Source: Candidatus Parcubacteria bacterium (GTDB lineage: Bacteria; Patescibacteriota; Patescibacteriia; CAIXNZ01). From it: 64,000 nt of DNA. Numbering within the stretch: the stretch's first letter is position 1; each line of letters begins with the position of its first letter. The notes under the pieces were generated by a model. That model saw nothing but the letters and a program-made list of their open reading frames with translations, was not told the DNA's origin and did not search any database. This document shows, one piece after another, positions 56,678 through 64,000 of the stretch. The stretch lies in assembly GCA_026395685.1 (NCBI GenBank), contig JAPLYG010000006.1, positions 4,943 to 68,942 on the forward strand, read 5' to 3'. The position numbers and the translations under genes were made by a program.

Positions 56678-57301
56678 CTATTCTGCTTCCGTTTTATTAT
56701 CTTTAATGGTTTCAAATAGCCTGTTATCAAATTCAGCTTCATGTTTATGAATCAAATTATTCAATACCCTGACAACTTCGAAAGGATTATCGATTTGGCG
56801 AAAAATAAATCTCTGAATTTCACCGGCTGTCTGGACATGGACATCGCCATAGGAAAAAAATGTCTGGAAAATTCCTTTTTGCAGGGCGGAAACATCCTGG
56901 ACTCGTTCCAACGTGTGTTCTGCGATTTCGCGATTAAAAAGTCCTCGCTGTTCTATATTGATAATGCGCCTATCGGTCACAATCCAGACATCAAGGTAAT
57001 AATCAATAAAAGCGTTAAGAAAAAATAAGGCAATGAAGAGATAAAGACTGCAGGCTAATAAGAGTAAAACCGGGTAGCCTAACGGATGAGTTAAAACATC
57101 AGGATAATTAATACTGATGAAATAGTAAAAAAACGGAGGAATTAGGCCTAAAAATAAATAAACTGCCCAGCGGCTGAAAATAATAATCGGATGGCGCCTT
57201 AAAAATAAAACCAAGTTTTCATCTTTTTGCCTGTTAGGTATTTGTTTTTCGATTAGCATAAATAAAAAATTAAGGGAGAGTAATAATTTGCATCCAATCA
57301 A
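56678..57301 (-). CDS. Membrane protein with a bacterial PH domain (YdbS/YdbT-like, bPH_2)
   Basis: Two TM helices, then GLFNREIAEHTLERVQDV...QTFFSYGDVHVQTAG. Confidence 0.6.
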   Translation of the reverse strand: MIGCKLLLSLNFLFMLIEKQIPNRQKDENLVLFLRRHPIIIFSRWAVYLFLGLIPPFFYYFISINYPDVLTHPLGYPVLLLLACSLYLFIALFFLNAFIDYYLDVWIVTDRRIINIEQRGLFNREIAEHTLERVQDVSALQKGIFQTFFSYGDVHVQTAGEIQRFIFRQIDNPFEVVRVLNNLIHKHEAEFDNRLFETIKDNKTEAE

Positions 57302-57497
57302 GGGGTGCAGCCAGCTTATAAGTAATAAAGAGAATTAAAACAGTAAGTCCCAAAAATAAAAAGGTGACTAAAAAGCTATAAAAACTTAGAAATCCGAAGC
57401 CGAATAAATGGTAAAGATTAAAAAAAACAAAGACTATAAAAAGGATGACTACAAGAGCAAAGGGGATTAAAATTATATAAAGGGGAAATTCGATCAT
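57270..57497 (-). CDS. Small membrane protein. Hypothetical.
   Basis: 75 aa, three hydrophobic helices. Overlaps the next gene by 32 nt. Confidence 0.35.
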   Translation of the reverse strand: MIEFPLYIILIPFALVVILFIVFVFFNLYHLFGFGFLSFYSFLVTFLFLGLTVLILFITYKLAAPLDWMQIITLP

Positions 57498-57617
57498 AGG
57501 GTTATAGGAATGAAAGGTAGAATAGGAAGAATATGATTATAGGATTAGAGGACAAAAGGATTCTTATTATCCTATCCTCCTTTATTCCTTTGCTACCTAT
57601 TCTTCGTATAATTCCTT

Positions 57618-58649
57618 TTAAATTAATGAATTTTGTGGGTCAATTGCGGGTTTAATTCCCAAGTGTTCATATCCCAGCTTAGTGACAGTACGACCGCGGG
57701 GTGTTCGTGACAGGAAACCCAACTGCATTAAAAATGGTTCATAAATATCTTCAATCGTCTCCATTTCTTCGCCGATGGCGGCTGCCAGAGTGCTTAAGCC
57801 GACTGGGCCCCCGGAAAATTTTTCAATAATCAGCTGCAATATTTTCCGGTCAATTTCATCCAAGCCAAGCTGATCAATATCCAATTTTGTCAAAGCATCA
57901 TTCGCCAGCTCTAAATTAATTTTACCATTTCCTTTGACTTGCGCAAAGTCGCGTACGCGTTTAAGCAAACGGTTAGCCACGCGCGGTGTCTTTCTGGCGC
58001 GCTTGGCAATCTGTCCTGAAGCTTGATCATCAATTTCAATATCCAAGATTTTGGCATTACGCTTAATAATTTTTTCAATATCCTCATCATTATAAAAATC
58101 CAAGCGGAAATTTACGCCAAAGCGGTCGCGCAAGGGGGCGGAAATCAAACTTACGCGTGTAGTTGCGCCAATCAGTGTAAATTTCGGAAGATCCAATCGT
58201 AATGTTCGGGCGCTGGGCCCTTTACCAATCACGATGTCCAAAGCAAAATCTTCCATGGCCGGATAAAGCACTTCTTCAATGATTTTATTTAAGCGGTGGA
58301 TTTCATCAATGAATAAAATGTCGCCGTTAGCCAGATTGGTTAAAATCGCGGCCAAGTCACCGGTTTTTTCTATGGCCGGCCCAGAGGTGATTTTAATGTT
58401 AGAACCCATTTCATTGGCAATGATATGAGCGAGGGTTGTTTTACCCAAGCCGGGACAGCCGTGAAGCAATACATGTTCAATCGGCTCATTGCGTTTTTTG
58501 GCGGCAGCCATAAAAATCATCAAATTATCTTTGACTTTGTTTTGTCCGATATAATCCGCCAGTTTCTTGGGTCGCAATGATTTTTCAAAATCAACTTCGT
58601 CGGCCGATTCTTTGGCGGAGATAATGCGGTTTTTGTCGTCTTGGGGCAT
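57618..58649 (-). CDS. ruvB: Holliday junction branch-migration helicase RuvB
   Basis: [12 protein letters not shown]...[16 protein letters not shown], then sensor motifs. Confidence 0.95.
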   Translation of the reverse strand: MPQDDKNRIISAKESADEVDFEKSLRPKKLADYIGQNKVKDNLMIFMAAAKKRNEPIEHVLLHGCPGLGKTTLAHIIANEMGSNIKITSGPAIEKTGDLAAILTNLANGDILFIDEIHRLNKIIEEVLYPAMEDFALDIVIGKGPSARTLRLDLPKFTLIGATTRVSLISAPLRDRFGVNFRLDFYNDEDIEKIIKRNAKILDIEIDDQASGQIAKRARKTPRVANRLLKRVRDFAQVKGNGKINLELANDALTKLDIDQLGLDEIDRKILQLIIEKFSGGPVGLSTLAAAIGEEMETIEDIYEPFLMQLGFLSRTPRGRTVTKLGYEHLGIKPAIDPQNSLI

Positions 58650-58819
58650 AAGCTTAAGGTTATTTTAGCTATTATTGCTAAATAAAACAAGCCCTTGATT
58701 TTTTTCAGGACTTACTGTAAAATGGATATAAATAAAGGAAAAGATAGTTCTTTTCCTTTTAAGTTCAAAAAATTTTATTTAATTGATGATTGGTTATTGT
58801 TGATTGATAATTATTACAA

Positions 58820-58894
58820 GCGGGTGTAGTTCAGTTGGCTAGAACGTTTCCTTGCCAAGGAAAAGGTCGCCGGTTCGAATCCGGTCACCCGCTC
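58820..58894 (+). tRNA. tRNA-Gly (anticodon GCC)
   Basis: Cloverleaf with acceptor gcgggtg/cacccgc. Anticodon loop ttGCCaa. T-arm gccgg-ttcgaat-ccggt. CCA is not encoded. Confidence 0.8.
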
Positions 58895-58946
58895 ATTTTC
58901 AATCTCGTGAACGATTAGGCCGTGGCCCGTCGCTCGCGAGCGACGG

Positions 58947-59033
58947 GCCGGGGTGGTGAAATTGGTATACACGAAGGACTTAAAATCCTTTGATAGCAAT
59001 GTCGTGCGGGTTCGAGTCCCGCCCTCGGCACCA
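58947..59033 (+). tRNA. tRNA-Leu (anticodon UAA), class II, long variable arm, encoded CCA
   Basis: Acceptor gccgggg/cctcggc. Anticodon loop ctTAAaa. T-arm gcggg-ttcgagt-cccgc. Ends ACCA. Confidence 0.75.
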
Positions 59034-59087
59034 TTTCTCGTTTTTGAGGAAGAAGCTGTTCCTTTACTTATATAAAGCAAGAAAGCT

Positions 59088-59112
59088 TCCCGCATCGCGG
59101 GGGGCTTTTTTG
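59088..59112 (+). terminator. Terminator after the tRNA pair
   Basis: cccgcatcgcgggggg followed by CTTTTTTG. Confidence 0.55.
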
Positions 59113-59192
59113 TTTGTTTATCAATAATTTTTGCCAAAGTTACTTTTATTGATTATAATAGCTACACAGTTAAATATTTAAAAATTCTACTT

Positions 59193-59939
59193 ATGATTGC
59201 CCTACTGTACGCCTTAATTTCAGCATTTATCGTCAGCCTGATCGGCCTGGCAGTTTTTTTCGCCTTATATTTGCAGGATAAATTTCTGAAAAAAACCTTG
59301 ATATACCTGGTCAGTTTTTCAGCCGGTGGTTTGATGGGGGGCGCTTTTTTCCATTTATTGCCGGAAAGCCTAGAACAGGTCCCTAATCCCCTGGTAGTTT
59401 TTATTTTTTTGCTGGTAGGCTTTTGTGCTTTTTTTATTTTGGAAAAATTTTTACGCTGGCATCACTGCCATAATAAGGAATGTCATAGCCATGCTCATTT
59501 GGGTTATTTAAATTTAATCGGAGATTCGGTCCACAATCTAATTGACGGCATTATTATTGCTTCAACTTATGTAGTGAGCATCCCCTTGGGAATTGTTACG
59601 ACTATTTCTATTATATCTCATGAAATACCTCAGGAGCTGGGAGATTTTGGAGTTTTGCTTTATTCCGGCATGACCAAGAAAAAAGCCATGTTATATAATT
59701 TTATGGTGGCTTTACTTGCCGTGGTCGGAGTTTTTATCGGTTATTTTTTAACAATTTATATCCACGGCATTACCGGATTTTTAATACCTGCCGCAGCCGG
59801 CGGGTTTATCTATATTGCCGCCACTGATTTGATTCCTGAATTACAGGAAGAAATTAATGCCAAAAGTTCAGTTAAACATTTCGGCGTCTTTATTTTGGCC
59901 TTAGTTTTTATGTATTTTGTAAAAATATTAGGCGAATAG
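59193..59939 (+). CDS. ZIP-family metal transporter (ZupT-like)
   Basis: HEIPQELGDFGVL motif. A His-rich loop HHCHNKECHSHAH. Eight TM helices. Confidence 0.8.
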   Translation: MIALLYALISAFIVSLIGLAVFFALYLQDKFLKKTLIYLVSFSAGGLMGGAFFHLLPESLEQVPNPLVVFIFLLVGFCAFFILEKFLRWHHCHNKECHSHAHLGYLNLIGDSVHNLIDGIIIASTYVVSIPLGIVTTISIISHEIPQELGDFGVLLYSGMTKKKAMLYNFMVALLAVVGVFIGYFLTIYIHGITGFLIPAAAGGFIYIAATDLIPELQEEINAKSSVKHFGVFILALVFMYFVKILGE

Positions 59940-60016
59940 CTTGACAGTATTTCATAAGTCTGCTAAAATGTTTTTGTTGTTTAGCAGAGTTAACTTTTCA
60001 CATTTAGGGGGAAACA

Positions 60017-60244
60017 ATGTCTCAGTGCCAGTACAATATTGATCCGGATCAACTTTTGGCAGTTATGGAGGAGGTAGAAACACAAATTCGTCAAAGTGAC
60101 ATCAGCCAAACGGATAAAGTCAGTCTTTATCTCCAGCTAAGTTTACTTTATGGATTAATGGGGGATAAAGATCAGCAAGAATCTGCCCGGTTACAGGCAC
60201 AAAAGCTATCTTCAGGAATTCAAGTTCTTGAAGACAGGGCATAA
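60017..60244 (+). CDS. Hypothetical small protein
   Basis: 75 aa. GGGGGAAACA Shine-Dalgarno-like sequence. A bidirectional terminator follows at 60285-60335. Confidence 0.35.
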   Translation: MSQCQYNIDPDQLLAVMEEVETQIRQSDISQTDKVSLYLQLSLLYGLMGDKDQQESARLQAQKLSSGIQVLEDRA

Positions 60245-60357
60245 TGCTTACAAATAGGTAGCTTTTTTTGTTTTCAGCGACCTGCCACGTTTATCGGGTG
60301 GGTCTTTTTTTTTGAAAAAAAAGCCACCCGGGAAAGGGGTGGCTGGTGGAGGTCCGC

Positions 60358-60588
60358 TTATTGTGGCGGCTTCCATCCTTTTGGCACTTTGAAGTACACA
60401 TCTGTTCCGGACCGCATGATCATATCGCCCATCAAGACGCTGACCATGGCGGTTTTGGAGCGGTCGGACAGTGGAAGAATAGAGACTTCTTCGAAGATTA
60501 CCTCGAGGACATCACCGAGCAGGGCAACCATGCCCTTTGTGTTTTGTCCTGCGGATCCTCCCATGTTATTCGTTGGCTGTGTTTGCAT
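60358..60588 (-). CDS. GC-rich hypothetical small protein
   Basis: GGGAGA Shine-Dalgarno sequence ahead of the ATG at 60586-60588. Terminator ccagccacccctttcccgggtggct followed by T8. Confidence 0.45.
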   Translation of the reverse strand: MQTQPTNNMGGSAGQNTKGMVALLGDVLEVIFEEVSILPLSDRSKTAMVSVLMGDMIMRSGTDVYFKVPKGWKPPQ

Positions 60589-60714
60589 GATTGTTCTCCC
60601 TTATTTCAAGAATTTCAGTTTAAATCAGTACATATAAATATAGCATAATTTAATAAGTCTGTCAATAACAAAAACCTTCCGGTGGGAATAGGAAGGTTTT
60701 GTTTTTTTGCATTA

Positions 60715-61101
60715 TTATGCCTGTTTTGCCGGCACATTGGCAGGATTAGTTGCCTTTAACCAGCCACCCAGCATTTTGCCTAAGCTATCAAGACTTTCGT
60801 GAATTTCTCCGTATTTATTATCAGATAACTGTTTTACATCTTTAGCCATATCAGCAAAGACTTTTAGGGTATCAAGTTTGCGCATCGCTTGTTTTAAGGT
60901 GCCAAACTTGTCTGTTTTGCTCTGTCTGGTGGCAATAACTATTAATTCCAATATTTCCAAAACCGTGATTTCAGAGCTTTTTCTTAAGGTATTATCTTCG
61001 CTTTTAGCCATATCTGCGCACTGCTGATATAGATTGTAAGAACGATCTAAAATAGGGAATTTTTCTGAAAAATTGTCTAAAATGTCTTTTGATTTTTGCA
61101 T
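60715..61101 (-). CDS. Hypothetical helical protein
   Basis: 128 aa, predicted all-alpha. Terminator aaaaccttcctattcccaccggaaggtttt downstream. Confidence 0.4.
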   Translation of the reverse strand: MQKSKDILDNFSEKFPILDRSYNLYQQCADMAKSEDNTLRKSSEITVLEILELIVIATRQSKTDKFGTLKQAMRKLDTLKVFADMAKDVKQLSDNKYGEIHESLDSLGKMLGGWLKATNPANVPAKQA

Positions 61102-61289
61102 ATAAGTTTAAGATTATTTATTTAATTTTTGCTTACAATTAGCCAAGATATTAAATTTTCAAGGTGCATATACAAGAGTTTATTGGGCCCTACTCTTGAC
61201 AAAATGTTATATATGTGTTAAACTATGTAATTAGGCAAAAAGGTTAAAATTTCTAACAAAACACTTCTTTGACCAGGAGGTAGATAATC

Positions 61290-61481
61290 ATGTCCAAACA
61301 GAGGGAACGATTTTTCCAGGCTTTCAATTGTCTCCCGAGCATCGTACGCAGTAATGCGTACCCGGACGCGGACTTGCTGGTGGAAAGAGGAATTAACTGC
61401 CTCTCGTCCAACGCCAGCTCGGAGGACTATTTAAAATTCTTCGAGCTCTACGACCAGGCCCCTGCCCAGCTTCGGGCATAA
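61290..61481 (+). CDS. GC-rich hypothetical small protein
   Basis: AGGAGG Shine-Dalgarno sequence. 63 aa. Terminator ccccgactttcaatagccgggg followed by T5. Confidence 0.4.
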   Translation: MSKQRERFFQAFNCLPSIVRSNAYPDADLLVERGINCLSSNASSEDYLKFFELYDQAPAQLRA

Positions 61482-61598
61482 GCCTCAACCCGCCTTTACC
61501 CCCGCCTAATAACAGCGCCAGCTGGGCCCCGACTTTCAATAGCCGGGGTTTTTCTTTTAGTTGAAAGTTCAAAGTTCAAAATTTAAAGTTATTTCCGT

Positions 61599-62101
61599 AA
61601 TAATCAATAATCAAACATCAATCATCAAACAAATTCTAATAATAAATATCTAATAATCAAATTTTTGTAATTTTGTTCTTTTCAATTATGGAAGTAAATA
61701 TTTTTATCAATTGGGTGGACTCATCGATCAAATTATTTTGTTCAGATTCTATACCGCAGACATTGCCGGTTTCAATTAATTTTAACCATAGACGGCTTTC
61801 CTTTACTTCTTTGCGGCAAATTTTAAGTCTGTGTACAAAATCCTTTTTACTTAAAGCTTCATTAGCTTCAATATAATTAGCTGCTGTTGAGCCCGAGGAT
61901 CTTATTAATTGCTTAGCATATTCCCAGTAGGATAAAGTTTTAGGAATTATTTTAGTAAAATTTCTGCATTTAATAGTAAATTGATAAGTTCTATCTTCTA
62001 AATCAAATGGTCTTAGCTCTTTCATGGATGTATTTAGTTGGAAATTAGAATTTTAAGATTAGTTATTGTTTGAATATTGATTATTGATGATTGGTGATTT
62101 T
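61599..62101. mobile_element. MITE-like element carrying a four-helix-bundle gene (AATCAATAATCAA inverted-repeat family)
   Basis: Left arm taataatcaataatcaaacatcaatcatcaaacaaatt. Right arm gtttgaatattgattattgatgattggtgatttt. Empty copies are at 6203 and 20973. Confidence 0.55.
61657..62025 (-). CDS. Four-helix-bundle protein (23S rRNA IVS protein family), divergent third member
   Basis: ANYIEANEALSKKDFVHRLKICRKEVKESRLWLKL. Confidence 0.65.
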   Translation of the reverse strand: MKELRPFDLEDRTYQFTIKCRNFTKIIPKTLSYWEYAKQLIRSSGSTAANYIEANEALSKKDFVHRLKICRKEVKESRLWLKLIETGNVCGIESEQNNLIDESTQLIKIFTSIIEKNKITKI

Positions 62102-62114
62102 ATACTAGTTTATA

Positions 62115-64000
62115 TTAACTCAATTTTCTACTAAGTCCTTCGAGCTTAAGGTTTACTTTATGTCGCCAAATCACTATTAGGCCTATTACGAGAATAAGGG
62201 CGGTCGTTATCAAATATTTCAAAATATTATTCGTTTGCGGTTGCGTTGGTAAATTAGTCGTGGTTTGTTCATTCGGAATAATATTTTTAACCATATCTTC
62301 ATCAACGCGGGGAAGTATCTGAAACACGCCGTTATATTTTCTCAAAATGCCGGTAACCGACAAATTGTCGCCTTCCTGATAATTTGTCTTTTTTATTTTG
62401 GTTAGGGTATTTATATAAATTTCAGCTTCACCTGTTTCGTCCTGGATGTAAAATTTAGAAATATTTTTTTCAATTAGCTGGCCTGTAATTTTTACCAGGT
62501 AATCAATCAACGAATCATTTAGTTCTTCAATTTTAATTTCTTGCGGTTGAGGCGGATCTTTGCTTTCGAGCACTTTTATTTGTCCCGGGTCTGTTAAAGC
62601 AATGCGTTTGTTTCCCTGGCTTTCACTGATTTTGCCTTGTACCTCCACCACGTCGCCGATTTTTAAATTTGGCCATTTGGCTGCGGACATATAGAGCTGA
62701 GCACCTGAGCCAGCTAAATACATAATTGTTTTGCCAAAAGTATTGGGTAGGGCGGCAACTGTTCCTGTTGATTTGATTAATGTTCCGGCTTCATAATTTT
62801 TAAAATCAGACAGCTTGATGTTGGTGATAGTGCTGGTTGATTTGCTTGTAGCTTTTTTGGCAGTAGTTGTTTTTTTGGTTGTAGTACTTTTGGCAATTGT
62901 TATTGGGGGAGTTGCAGTCTCAGCCGTTTTTGGTTCAGTTATTTTAATTTTTACTTTTTGGGTACTGGAAAGTTTTTGGTCGCTTAGAGTCAGCGCAAGT
63001 TCATAGGTGCCACTTTTATTAAATTGATAGGAAGCAATCGGCCCCGTAAAAGTTTGTTTATCAATTTCCCAGGTAAAGGAGAGTGCATCATTTTCCAAAT
63101 CATATGAATCAGATGCATCACAGTTAATCAATTCGTTGAGCAGTGCTGTCTTGGGGCAGTTGATATCAATCTCAGGTGCGTGGTTTAGCAAATTAATTAC
63201 ATTATTTTCATTTGGCGTCAGAGTCGTTGTCCAATACCAGTTAGACTCGCTATCAATTGCATAGCTGCTATTGGTATTTAAGATAGGATCCTCCTGATAT
63301 TTTATTGTGGCAATTGTTTTATCGCCAGAGGAAATCAGCTTAACTGTATCTTTATCATTATCAAGTGCCAGGCCGCTTAGTTTGCGGTTAATGGTAAAAT
63401 ATTGGCCGGGATTAATAATTGTTGAGGGAAAATCTCGGGCTGAAATAATATATACTTTTTTGCCAATATCTTTAATTTTCCAATTAGCCAGATTAATGGG
63501 CAGAAGACCGGTATTTTTTAATTCAATAAATTCAGCTTCCAAATCACTGCCCGATGGGTTAGGAAAAATTTCCGTAATAATAATATCCTTTTCACTGCTT
63601 TTTGGCTCCTCCTCTTGTTCTAATGTTTGAGTAATTATTATTGACGCAACATTTGCAGGTGGTAATGGGGTAATTAGATTTTCAGCGCCTTTAGTCGGCG
63701 TTTGCGTGACTACGAATTGGTTAGTATCTATTTGCCGGGCGGTAGAATTCGGATCATCGGCAGCCGGTGCTTTGGCGACTCCTGCCGGCGCTTGCCAGTC
63801 ACCATAATAGACAAGATCAATTTCTTCGCCCGACGAATTTTGCAGGATAATTATATCCCCGTTATTGTTTAATTTACCTTTGGGATTTTCCAGAACAAAA
63901 TAGGCTGTTGCTTCAATTTCTCCGCTTAAAACAGAGGTGGTATTTGAGCCGTCTAAAATTTTCCAGTCAGTCAGATCAATTTTAAAATTATTTTTATTGT
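62115..64000 (-). CDS. Large surface protein (partial, continues past the window end) with a lamin-tail domain, a PKD-like domain, a Thr-rich linker, a C-terminal OB-fold nuclease-associated-like domain and a C-terminal TM anchor
   Basis: The frame is open upstream of the tracked Met: ...EIFPNPSGSDLEAEFIELKN is the LTD start motif. PKD-like CPKTALLNELINCDASDSYDLENDALSFTWEI. C-terminal helix ILKYLITTALILVIGLIVIW. Confidence 0.55.
   Translation of the reverse strand, partial: NKNNFKIDLTDWKILDGSNTTSVLSGEIEATAYFVLENPKGKLNNNGDIIILQNSSGEEIDLVYYGDWQAPAGVAKAPAADDPNSTARQIDTNQFVVTQTPTKGAENLITPLPPANVASIIITQTLEQEEEPKSSEKDIIITEIFPNPSGSDLEAEFIELKNTGLLPINLANWKIKDIGKKVYIISARDFPSTIINPGQYFTINRKLSGLALDNDKDTVKLISSGDKTIATIKYQEDPILNTNSSYAIDSESNWYWTTTLTPNENNVINLLNHAPEIDINCPKTALLNELINCDASDSYDLENDALSFTWEIDKQTFTGPIASYQFNKSGTYELALTLSDQKLSSTQKVKIKITEPKTAETATPPITIAKSTTTKKTTTAKKATSKSTSTITNIKLSDFKNYEAGTLIKSTGTVAALPNTFGKTIMYLAGSGAQLYMSAAKWPNLKIGDVVEVQGKISESQGNKRIALTDPGQIKVLESKDPPQPQEIKIEELNDSLIDYLVKITGQLIEKNISKFYIQDETGEAEIYINTLTKIKKTNYQEGDNLSVTGILRKYNGVFQILPRVDEDMVKNIIPNEQTTTNLPTQPQTNNILKYLITTALILVIGLIVIWRHKVNLKLEGLSRKLS

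Noticed and set aside
58814-59137. 107-aa minus-strand ORF
   Set aside because: It lies entirely over the two tRNA genes and their terminator.

Overview
This is a 64-kb AT-rich window (backbone roughly one-third GC, estimated by eye) from a small-genome bacterium. The gene content looks like Candidate Phyla Radiation / Patescibacteria, though I cannot prove that. The reasons are LTD and FG-GAP surface proteins, many TrbC/VirB2-type pilins, four-helix-bundle 'rRNA intervening sequence' proteins, and rpmH-rnpA-yidD followed by dnaA-dnaN with no yidC. The core genes I am confident of are rpsP, tig, rpmH, rnpA, yidD, dnaA, dnaN, ruvC, ruvB and galU. The others are yebC, tsaC/yrdC, PBP1A, an LCP-family protein, a SpoIID/LytB protein, an ABC substrate-binding protein, a ZIP zinc transporter, tRNA-Gly(GCC) and tRNA-Leu(UAA). 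The unusual content, as far as I can read it by eye: (1) A tandem array of nine TrbC/VirB2-like pilin paralogs lies on the minus strand at 43185-48228. The last one is fused to a ~330-aa Cys-rich domain. Next to it is a membrane glycosylation locus (a SAM-dependent methyltransferase, two GT-C-type membrane glycosyltransferases and a GT2). (2) An integron-like tandem cassette array sits at 27.4-29.4 kb. Three unrelated GC-rich ORFs are each embedded in the same ~130-bp flank, which consists of a hairpin, a conserved core, a structured leader and a Shine-Dalgarno sequence. One strong sigma70 promoter drives the array, and it ends at an orphan beta-class DNA methyltransferase. (3) About a dozen GC-rich single-gene islands (~45-60% GC by eye) are scattered through the window. 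Each encodes a small secreted protein, lipoprotein or hypothetical protein and has its own promoter or Shine-Dalgarno site and a strong terminator. Three paralogous lipoprotein genes at 8.0-11.6 kb share a letter-identical terminator hairpin. (4) Several families of palindromic MITE-like elements are present. Two families bracket genes for four-helix-bundle proteins and also occur as empty copies. A ~100-nt hairpin family sits right after the terminators of seven genes. A GIY-YIG nuclease gene is bracketed by hairpin repeats. (5) A 195-aa protein fuses a sigma-70 region-4-like domain to an RNA polymerase alpha-CTD-like domain. (6) A TrmB-like regulator is interrupted at an A7 homopolymer. (7) Two tandem paralogs of a bitopic Cys-motif protein were each duplicated together with the 3' end of the upstream glycoside hydrolase gene. 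All coordinates and motif calls come from reading the sequence by eye and carry 1-3 nt uncertainty. I ran no database searches.
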